64,000 bases of DNA from Flavobacteriaceae bacterium. Lineage in GTDB: Bacteria > Bacteroidota > Bacteroidia > Flavobacteriales > Flavobacteriaceae. This document shows positions 45,205 through 53,093 of the stretch, in pieces. The notes beneath the pieces were generated by a model that saw nothing but the letters and a program-made list of their open reading frames with translations, searched no databases and was not told where the DNA came from. Within the stretch, counting starts at the first letter, position 1; every line of letters begins with the position of its first letter. Position numbers and translations under genes: made by a program. The DNA lies in contig JABXIJ010000003.1 of assembly GCA_013373105.1 (NCBI GenBank), positions 10,452 through 74,451 of the forward strand, given 5' to 3'.

Positions 45205-46620
45205 TTATTTATAGAAATAGATATTATCTAAATAGAAGTTTGTAAGTGATGAAAAATTAATATTTTCAAAAATGAGTATGCCAACATTACTTTTATTTGT
45301 TAAACCATTCAATGAAAATTCAATAGTCATCCAAGAGTCTGCAACAATACTTGGTGTTTTTCTAACAAATAATTGGTGTCTTGTATCATCTGTGCCACCA
45401 TTTACTCCATCAGGACCAAAATCTACTACGGTTACTAAAAAATCGAAATTAGACGGAACTCCATTAGGTATATACATATTAAAATGTAAATTCGGTAGCG
45501 AAGTTATGTCAATTGTAGGATTTGAAAATTGAATTCCTACGAAGTTAAAGTTCGTATAATTTAAAAAATTATCTCCGTTTACACTAAAATCTGCTGATTC
45601 AGTGGTTTGATAAGGTTGCCAATATCCATTATAGAAATCTACAGTAGTATTTGTATAATAATCACTAAAAATTGAAATAACATCACTAGCATTTCGTGTA
45701 GGTGTTGGTGGTAATGAAAAAGAACCGATAGAATTAATATTCAAGGATCCTTTCACATCTTCTCCTCCTAAAGTTGCTGAAACTACTGCAGTTCCTGCAG
45801 AAAGTATTTCTACAACTCCTAAATCATTTACTGAAGCCACTGATGGATTTGATGAAGAAAAAGTAAAATATTTAGGTGCTGCTGCAATTGTTACATCTCT
45901 ACCATTACCTAAATTAAATGTTTGATTTAAATCAGTAATATCTATATTAACCCCAATAAATGTATTTACAGAAACGTCATTACCATTTAAAATTGATGGT
46001 CTTGGTTGAGCAATAGTTCCCAGCTTTTCGAACTTTAATTCGTCGATCCAAAATGTATATCCTAAACCATTTGTTGCTTGTGTACCTGCTGAATATCTAA
46101 ATAAACCTCTTTCTTGAATTAATTTAGAGGCATCTGGAATTGGAATGATAACTTTTTGCCAATTAGTACCAACACTAACATTTGATAATGTAGTTATATA
46201 CTCATTATTAATAAAATCTTCTCCAAAACCCAGCTCCCCTATTACGACTCCTTGTGATGCTTTAATCCAAAATGTTAAGGCATCGTAATTGGTTAAATCT
46301 CTACCTGCTCCCTCCACTCTAAAAATTGCTCCTGCGTAGGTTCCTTCTGGGTCAGTTGCATTTGGTACATCAAAACGCATTGATGAACTACTTTCGTATC
46401 CTTCACTATCATCTACAGACCAAGCTGTTGCTTTAGAGCCACGATAAGGAAAGTAGAAATCGCTACCCATTCCTACAGGACTGTCTGTAAATATTTCTGC
46501 TGTAGAAGCAAAACTAGCTAAAACAGCATCATCACTTATATCTCTTTCACACCCTAAAAACACAAGCGCAAGAAGTAAAGTTAAGATTGTTTGATTTTTT
46601 ATTTTTTCTAAACTCTTCAT
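45205..46620 (-). CDS. Surface glycan-binding-type lipoprotein (CBM-like N-domain, Big_2 Ig-like domain, shared C-terminal module)
   Basis: It has a lipobox (FLGC) and a Big_2-like segment FTFSSSNPSVASVNDLGVVEILSAGTAVVSATLGG. The C-terminal module PTRNASDVISIFSDYYTN...YLDNIYFYK spans 45208-45702. No catalytic motif was seen. Confidence 0.65.
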   Translation of the reverse strand: MKSLEKIKNQTILTLLLALVFLGCERDISDDAVLASFASTAEIFTDSPVGMGSDFYFPYRGSKATAWSVDDSEGYESSSSMRFDVPNATDPEGTYAGAIFRVEGAGRDLTNYDALTFWIKASQGVVIGELGFGEDFINNEYITTLSNVSVGTNWQKVIIPIPDASKLIQERGLFRYSAGTQATNGLGYTFWIDELKFEKLGTIAQPRPSILNGNDVSVNTFIGVNIDITDLNQTFNLGNGRDVTIAAAPKYFTFSSSNPSVASVNDLGVVEILSAGTAVVSATLGGEDVKGSLNINSIGSFSLPPTPTRNASDVISIFSDYYTNTTVDFYNGYWQPYQTTESADFSVNGDNFLNYTNFNFVGIQFSNPTIDITSLPNLHFNMYIPNGVPSNFDFLVTVVDFGPDGVNGGTDDTRHQLFVRKTPSIVADSWMTIEFSLNGLTNKSNVGILIFENINFSSLTNFYLDNIYFYK

Positions 46621-46632
46621 AATCTCTATCTA

Positions 46633-49600
46633 TTATTTTCCAATATTTATATGAATATATGTTCTTATTTCCCACTCAGAACCATTAGGAAATCCTACAG
46701 GACTTATAGTAGGCTGAGTTGCAAATGCAGTTGAAGTAGCATTTGGTGAATATCTTGGAGAAAATTCATTTAAAGATCTCCAAGTTCCTCTAATTCCAAC
46801 TTTAGTATCTGGCAGTATAAACCAATCTGGTTTACCAATTGTAGTTGAAAAGTCTAACATCATTTGTAATGGAAAAGTTAAGTTGAAATCTCTGTGGTAA
46901 TCAAAAGGTCCCCAATCATTAACTTTAAACATTCCCATAATTTTAAATTTCTTGTAAATCATTCTTAGGTCTGCACCAAATCTTGTGATAGTTCTTTGAC
47001 TATCACCATTTGCTTGGCCTGTACCATAATACATATTAGCAATTATACCTAAGTTTTTATTTGCTTTTGAAACAATTCTAGAATTTACTTCCCATAAATC
47101 TTGTGCTGGAGCAGATTCTGCAAATCTAAAGAAAGAACGATCTGCTAAGAAACCAATAGCAGCATCCTGTGTAGTTGGTAAATGACGATATACAAAGCCA
47201 AGATTAAATGCAAACTTAGCATCTTCTGCTCTATCATTATCCCATTGATACATATAAGTTGCAGGAGTTGGATCGAATGTAAATAAAATTTCACCTGCTG
47301 TCATTTCTCGGTTTCCACCTCTTACAACAAAAGGATCGTCAACAAAGTTTCTTAATCTACCTGGTGCAGCAACACCATTTGGCATGGCATCTACTAAGGG
47401 CTTTTGCCACATAAAGTTTGGTGCTAACTGAAATTTACCTCCAAAATTATAAGCTATACCAGATAAGAAGTTTGATACGTTTCCACTTCCACTATCTTTT
47501 AATTTCCAACCTGTGAAAGTAAGTGTTTGATCTGCTCCTCCATTTGCAACTAAACCTCTAACAGAGCCTTGTGCATACAAGTTAAATCCTCCATTAGTAT
47601 AAGTTACTTTTGCTTTAGCACCCCAGTTATCACTTGCTTTAATTCTATCTACTACAACTTGACCTGCATCATTAACATCTTGATAAGCACTACCATTTAA
47701 TGGTCTACCAGCCCAAATTGCACCTACTGTTAAACCAATTTTATCTCCTTTTTTCTCAAAAGCTACTGTAGCTCTTTCAGTAGGAATTGCTGGTATAACA
47801 CCTGTTCTAGCTTGATTTGGATCTAAAACACGATTACCATTAGCATCAAAACCACCACCAGCAACAATATCTTTATGATAAATAGCTGCAAAATCAAAAC
47901 CTAATAGTTTCGTTTGGTATTTTAACAATACTGCAGGGTTGGCACCCCACCAAAGTTGTGGACCAAAGGCTGCTTTTAAACCATCTAATGAACCTTTACC
48001 ATCTACTTCAATTCCTAGAATTTCACCATTATAAATATCTAAGTTTGGTCCATAATTAGCTTCTGGATATAACCCAAAAAAGTCACCTTCATAACCCCAA
48101 TGATAATGTCCTGTTCTGTAGAAACCTCTTAAATTAAAATCTTTAGCATTCCATTCAAAAGAAGCATTATAAATTCTTAATCTATTATTATCTATTAATG
48201 TTGAAGAACCATTAGGTGTATTAACCTGAATAGGTCTACCAATATTTTCATAAAAAATATCATCTATTGGATTACTTGCTACATTTCCTAAAATATTAAA
48301 ATTAACCTCGGCTTTCATATTTTCTGATGGTTTACCTTGAACACCAATAAAATAAGACTGCATATGATCAAAACCTTGTCTGTCAGGAAATGCTAAACTT
48401 GTACCATCTGAATTTACTGGAGTTGTAGTTAATGAACCACCTGTATTAAATGTAGTAAATTGTGCTTGTAAATTGCTTATACTTAGCTTTTGGTTTCCAC
48501 CTATTACAGCTTTATCTCCTCTAGCTCTTAGTACAGCATCCATTAAGTTTATTTTTTCGAAATGATTTTCAAAATCCTGATATGTACTTGTAAACGGATT
48601 AAATTGATGTGCCTCTTTTAAAGCATAATATGATGCTCTTGGATATAAAGTGTATAAACCTCTAACATCTGTTGGTCCTTTTGCAGCAATTCCAAACCAC
48701 TCTTCGTTCATGTTTTTATCTCCTGGTTTTGCCTGATCTCTACTGTAACCATTACTTGGCCAAGAAGCTTCACTATCGTGAATACTTGCATTTTTTCTTT
48801 CGTCGAAACCAGATTTAAACCAACCATCACTAGACTGAAAAGTAAATCCTCCTAAAGAGTTTTGAGCTTTTCCTAGACCATAAGCGTTTTCGTAAATTTC
48901 TTTCCAGTTATTTATCATATAGTACGCTTGGGTATATTGATCTTCTTTGTTATCTCTTGCATTAAACGCATCAGCTCCAAACTCTGTAAATAAAATAGGT
49001 TTACCATACTCTTTACTTACTCTATCAAAAGCATCTACAAAAGATTCTCCACGATACATATTTGTTCCATAAATATCTATGTCTTTACATTCTTCTGCAA
49101 CTATGTCTAAATAAAGTAAATCTCCATTACAAATACCTATAGGATGTTGTACACCATTTTTTTTCATTGCTAAAGCAGCATCATTAAACAATTTATACAT
49201 TGCTTTTGCTTCTGCTCTTTTTGCTTGATCTTGATCATTAATTACAATTCCTTCATCTGTTTCAGCTCCTTCCCAAGTTAAATGATAGTTATTTTCATTA
49301 CCTAACATAAAAAGAAGTAAGCCTGGTGTATCTTTATACATTTTGGCCATTTTAACAGATTCCTCTATTAAGTGCTTTCTTACTTTTTCTGTAGCATATT
49401 TAGTATTAGGGTACCATACACCGTCTAAGGTTAAACCATATGCACCAAACTGATGGTTAATCATTGTATAAATACCAAATTTTTCATAGATATAGGTAAT
49501 CCATTTTGGTGGCATACCTATATATGTTCTTATTGCATTTACACCCATATTTTGCCATAGCACCATTTCTTCATCTAAACCTGCTTTTATAATATCGTCT

Positions 49601-49806
49601 GGTTTATCCCAAAAATTAGCATCTAATACATTAAAACCAATTGGTACATAATCCCAATTGATTCCATTTACCACAAAGTCTTTTCCATCAACTACTAATT
49701 TCATTCCTTTTGCATCAGAAACAACAGTTACATTGTTGACTTTTGATTGTGCAAAAAAGTTAAGAGTTAACAAGAAAAACAGTAATCTTAATACATTGTT
49801 CTTCAT
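46633..49806 (-). CDS. Clan GH-A (beta/alpha)8 glycosidase-like domain fused to a ~620-aa beta-barrel-like C-terminal domain
   Basis: It has a signal peptide. LGNENN (E171) and ILFTEFG (E275) lie about 104 aa apart, like the acid/base and nucleophile Glu of clan GH-A. Residues ~440-1057 are Gly/Asn/aromatic-rich with many alternating strands (KAKVTYTNGGFNLYAQGSV, LSGIAYNFGGKFQLAPNFMW, ADLRMIYKKFKIMGMFKV). Confidence 0.55.
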   Translation of the reverse strand: MKNNVLRLLFFLLTLNFFAQSKVNNVTVVSDAKGMKLVVDGKDFVVNGINWDYVPIGFNVLDANFWDKPDDIIKAGLDEEMVLWQNMGVNAIRTYIGMPPKWITYIYEKFGIYTMINHQFGAYGLTLDGVWYPNTKYATEKVRKHLIEESVKMAKMYKDTPGLLLFMLGNENNYHLTWEGAETDEGIVINDQDQAKRAEAKAMYKLFNDAALAMKKNGVQHPIGICNGDLLYLDIVAEECKDIDIYGTNMYRGESFVDAFDRVSKEYGKPILFTEFGADAFNARDNKEDQYTQAYYMINNWKEIYENAYGLGKAQNSLGGFTFQSSDGWFKSGFDERKNASIHDSEASWPSNGYSRDQAKPGDKNMNEEWFGIAAKGPTDVRGLYTLYPRASYYALKEAHQFNPFTSTYQDFENHFEKINLMDAVLRARGDKAVIGGNQKLSISNLQAQFTTFNTGGSLTTTPVNSDGTSLAFPDRQGFDHMQSYFIGVQGKPSENMKAEVNFNILGNVASNPIDDIFYENIGRPIQVNTPNGSSTLIDNNRLRIYNASFEWNAKDFNLRGFYRTGHYHWGYEGDFFGLYPEANYGPNLDIYNGEILGIEVDGKGSLDGLKAAFGPQLWWGANPAVLLKYQTKLLGFDFAAIYHKDIVAGGGFDANGNRVLDPNQARTGVIPAIPTERATVAFEKKGDKIGLTVGAIWAGRPLNGSAYQDVNDAGQVVVDRIKASDNWGAKAKVTYTNGGFNLYAQGSVRGLVANGGADQTLTFTGWKLKDSGSGNVSNFLSGIAYNFGGKFQLAPNFMWQKPLVDAMPNGVAAPGRLRNFVDDPFVVRGGNREMTAGEILFTFDPTPATYMYQWDNDRAEDAKFAFNLGFVYRHLPTTQDAAIGFLADRSFFRFAESAPAQDLWEVNSRIVSKANKNLGIIANMYYGTGQANGDSQRTITRFGADLRMIYKKFKIMGMFKVNDWGPFDYHRDFNLTFPLQMMLDFSTTIGKPDWFILPDTKVGIRGTWRSLNEFSPRYSPNATSTAFATQPTISPVGFPNGSEWEIRTYIHINIGK

Positions 49807-49998
49807 AATTTGTTTTTTTGATTTGATGACAATACTTATTACTGTATTATCAAATAAACTATTTGAATTTTAATTATTTCTTAAAAATACACCACTTAAA
49901 TTAGGATAATGATAAAAACTACCTGAACAAAAACAATACATTACTTAACACAACTTAATAATGAAAAAAGCTTATTAAATGAGGGTTTTTACAATAAA

Positions 49999-50034
49999 TG
50001 TAGTGGTTAGTTGTAGTGGTAAAATTGTGGTAAA
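49999..50034. promoter_or_regulatory. Three tandem direct repeats: TGTAGTGGTtag / TTGTAGTGGTAAAA / TTGTGGTAAA (candidate operator)
   Basis: Read directly at 49999-50007, 50011-50024 and 50025-50034. They lie between the 50055-50085 terminator and the GH-A fusion gene start at 49806. The middle copy recurs exactly (reverse complement) at 33459-33472, and TTGTGGTAA recurs at 57797-57805. Confidence 0.35.
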
Positions 50035-50036
50035 TT

Positions 50037-50085
50037 AAAAAAACTTCACTTAAGAATAAGAGGTTAGCAATGCTAACCTCTTATT
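50037..50085 (-). terminator. Terminator after the susC-susD-SGBP unit
   Basis: The 14-bp perfect stem aataagaggttagc / gctaacctcttatt (50055-50085) starts 20 nt after the stop of the 304-aa gene. On the minus strand a T7 run follows 11 nt later. Confidence 0.7.
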
Positions 50086-50105
50086 ATATGTAATTTTAAT
50101 TTTTA

Positions 50106-51020
50106 CTATTCAATTTCAATTACAAACCACCAATCAAAATCACCAGCAGCATCTGTAGTTCTTAGTACTAATTCATTTGGTACTGATCTATCAAAAATTT
50201 CGTACTGATAATTCCCTCCAGTATAATATCCTATGAAAGATTTTGCTGATAAATTTATAGTTTCTACTCCTGCAGGAGCTGTTAATGAATAAGTTCCTGT
50301 ATAATCTGCATAAGCATAATTTAGAATATCTGCACCATCAACTGTTCCTGAGGTATTTGGACCTAGTTCGTTAACGATGTGAGGATCTCTTCCAAAAATG
50401 TCTCCATTAGTAACATGAGTAAATGTACCATCTGAACTAAAAGTAAATCTATCATCATACATACCTACTCCATTTTTTTCATCTGGGCCTGCTCCATACC
50501 ATTCTGTTGGTATAGAACCTCCAACTGGACCTAAACCAAAATGACCAGGTTTAGAAGCTTTAATTTTCCAAGTTCTTGAGGTTAATGCAGTTGGGTTTGC
50601 TGGATCAAAACCGTACAATTTTTCTATTAAATCATTTGGTGGTGAGTAAGTAGCTAAAACATCAACTTGAATTGATTTACTAGAGGTAACTCCTGCTGTA
50701 CCTGATGCTACAGCAGTAACAGTATATGTATTTAATCCTAATTTACTAAATATTATGTTTTGCTCTCCTGAGAGTGTAACATATTCTGTACCATCGTAAA
50801 CAAGTTTAAATGAAACTGCATTGTCTGCAGTTACTGTAAATTTAACTTCTCCACTTCCATCACCATTTGGATTATTTGCATCTGCTCCTATTAAATCAGC
50901 AGTAATTTGAATATTTGAAGGTGTAATGATATCTCCAAATGTATATTCTTCTTCTTGACAACTATAAAAAGTAATTGACAAAGAAAATAATACAATTAAT
51001 GTTTTTATATAATTCTTCAT
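50106..51020 (-). CDS. PKD/Ig-like domain surface lipoprotein (SGBP-like)
   Basis: It has a lipobox (FYSC). An Ig/PKD-like domain (VKFTVTADNAVSFKLVYDGTEY...YTVTAVASG) is followed by a ~180-aa C-terminal domain. It occupies the position downstream of susD typical of SusE/F-like binding proteins. Confidence 0.65.
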   Translation of the reverse strand: MKNYIKTLIVLFSLSITFYSCQEEEYTFGDIITPSNIQITADLIGADANNPNGDGSGEVKFTVTADNAVSFKLVYDGTEYVTLSGEQNIIFSKLGLNTYTVTAVASGTAGVTSSKSIQVDVLATYSPPNDLIEKLYGFDPANPTALTSRTWKIKASKPGHFGLGPVGGSIPTEWYGAGPDEKNGVGMYDDRFTFSSDGTFTHVTNGDIFGRDPHIVNELGPNTSGTVDGADILNYAYADYTGTYSLTAPAGVETINLSAKSFIGYYTGGNYQYEIFDRSVPNELVLRTTDAAGDFDWWFVIEIE

Positions 51021-51030
51021 TTTTTAAAGA

Positions 51031-53082
51031 TTAAAATTGTGTAATATCATCTATATATATTGTATAATTTGCAGAACCATCTCCTTGAGTACCATTATCC
51101 ATAATTAATACTAGATTATTAAAATCTACTGATGTACTAATTCCTGCAAAATTAAACGTTAATTCTTCCCAAGCATTTGCTACAGTTGTTGTAGCTGTTA
51201 CTTCTGCAGAAGCAACTGTATTTGGCCAAGGTGTAGCATCTTCAAATTTTAAAAGTAAATTCAATCCTGCTCTTGGTGACCAAACTTTAACTTTTACACT
51301 TGTTCCACCTACAAAAGTAAATGGAGAATTTGTTGTTATTTTAGAACCTGCCCAAGGCTGACCTGCATTTTTTACCATTTTAGCAACTCTTAAAGAAGAG
51401 TTTCCGTTTGTATCTGGATTATTAATTATTGAAATATCTCCACCATCAAAACTAGATAAACCAACTGTTGGCTCTAAATCTAAAACTGGTGAAGTTGAAA
51501 TATCATCTACATAAATTGTATAATCTGCAGAACCATCTCCTTGAGTACCATTATCCATTATAAGTACAAGATTGTTAAAATCTACACTACCATCAATACC
51601 CGTAAAATCAAAGGTTAATTCTTCCCAATCATTGGCAACTGTTGTAGTTGAAGTAATTTCTGCTGAAGCAACTGTATTTGGCCAAGGTGTAGCATCTTCA
51701 AATTTTAAAAGTAAATTTAATCCTGCTCTTGGTGACCAAACTTTTGCTTTTATAACTGGGTTAGAAAGATCAAATTTAGTAGGTACTGTTATTTTAGAAC
51801 CTGCCCATGGTTGACCTGCGTTTTTAACCATTTCAAATACTCTAGAAGAAGTATTTATACCTGAAACATCTGGATTAGCTATCGCTTGTATAGCGCCACC
51901 ATCAAAAGAACTTAAGGTAAAATTATCTTCAAAATTAATTGGAGTTACACCATTAAAAGGCACTGATGGTGATTTGTAAAAATAGAAATTATCGATATAA
52001 ACTACACCTGCTAAACCATCAGAATCAATTAACAATTGTGTAATCTTTTGTTTATTTGCTAGGTTTCCACCATCAAAACCTGTCATATCAATTTCAATAC
52101 TCTGCCAACTACCAGTAACTGTACTACCAAGTGATTCTAAGTCTTCACCACCATCAACAGTATTAACAATTTTTACAAAAAGTTCATTGGTAACTCCATC
52201 TGGTACCCAGTAATCTATATGCATTTTCTCCATTGCAGATAAATCAACTCCTGCCCCATAGTTTGTAACCATACCTAAAAAGTCAAGATTAGTTAGTTTC
52301 CAAACATTATCGTTATTAAGATTAACAGCTTCAAAGTTTGTTGCTGACCAAGTTGTTGGTAACTCATCTAGTGTAACATTTGTATATGCATCACTAAAAA
52401 TTGAAACAACATCTGCTGCATCTCTGCTTGGTGGGGCTGGTGCTGCTTCAGTTGGTTCTAATATTTCAGTAACTTCAAAATCTACCATGTAATCTGTAGT
52501 TGCAATAGCTGCACCTTTTGCAGTTACTTTAACACTGTAAGTTCCAGGATTTGCATATTGATAAGATATAGTGTTACCAATATTTCCTGTAACTACTGGT
52601 TGTGTTACACCTGTTTCACCTGAATCAAATTCAAAAATTGCTGCAAAATCTGCATTTGCTGTAATGTTAACTTGTTTAGAAATAGCTGCATCATTTTCTA
52701 TGGTAACCACTAAATTTTGAGGAGCATTGAATGAAACCACTAACTGTTGTGATTCTTCTACTCTATCTCCTTTTAAATTTATAGCTACAACAGTTACATT
52801 GTATGTGCCTTCTGCATAGGTGTGCGTAACACTATCTCCTAAACCAACTTTAGCTGGCTCTGGAGTTGTATCTCCAAAAATGACTTCGAAGCTAACAGCG
52901 CCATCTGCATTTGGTGTAATTGTAACAACACCTGTATTATCTTGAGTAATGTCGTAAGTTGCTGAAATATTACTTGGTGGAGCAATAGTATCTACAAACG
53001 ATAAATCTCTGAGTTCTTCATCACATGCCATTAAAATGAACAGTGCAAAGAAATATTTATAAAATTTATTAATGTTTTTCAT
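51031..53082 (-). CDS. Multimodular surface glycan-binding lipoprotein: two PKD/Ig-like domains, the shared module, and two tandem CBM-like repeats
   Basis: The ATG at 53082 gives MKNINKFYKYFFALFILMAC (lipobox). There are two PKD-like domains (GVVTITPNADGAVSFEVIFGD; YSVKVTAKG). The shared module PSRDAADVVSIFSDAYTN...IDNFYFYK spans 51973-52434. Two 152-aa repeats follow. Confidence 0.75.
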   Translation of the reverse strand: MKNINKFYKYFFALFILMACDEELRDLSFVDTIAPPSNISATYDITQDNTGVVTITPNADGAVSFEVIFGDTTPEPAKVGLGDSVTHTYAEGTYNVTVVAINLKGDRVEESQQLVVSFNAPQNLVVTIENDAAISKQVNITANADFAAIFEFDSGETGVTQPVVTGNIGNTISYQYANPGTYSVKVTAKGAAIATTDYMVDFEVTEILEPTEAAPAPPSRDAADVVSIFSDAYTNVTLDELPTTWSATNFEAVNLNNDNVWKLTNLDFLGMVTNYGAGVDLSAMEKMHIDYWVPDGVTNELFVKIVNTVDGGEDLESLGSTVTGSWQSIEIDMTGFDGGNLANKQKITQLLIDSDGLAGVVYIDNFYFYKSPSVPFNGVTPINFEDNFTLSSFDGGAIQAIANPDVSGINTSSRVFEMVKNAGQPWAGSKITVPTKFDLSNPVIKAKVWSPRAGLNLLLKFEDATPWPNTVASAEITSTTTVANDWEELTFDFTGIDGSVDFNNLVLIMDNGTQGDGSADYTIYVDDISTSPVLDLEPTVGLSSFDGGDISIINNPDTNGNSSLRVAKMVKNAGQPWAGSKITTNSPFTFVGGTSVKVKVWSPRAGLNLLLKFEDATPWPNTVASAEVTATTTVANAWEELTFNFAGISTSVDFNNLVLIMDNGTQGDGSANYTIYIDDITQF
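51034..51936 (-). repeat. Intragenic tandem duplication, period 456 bp (152 codons), two copies
   Basis: Copy 51034-51480 is collinear with copy 51496-51936. A 79-bp tract with one mismatch starts at 51209 and at 51665 (gaagcaactgtatttggccaaggtgtagcatcttcaaattttaaaagtaaatt...). There is a further identical 33-mer tgcagaaccatctccttgagtaccattatccat. Confidence 0.9.
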
Positions 53083-53093
53083 TGTTTTAGTTT

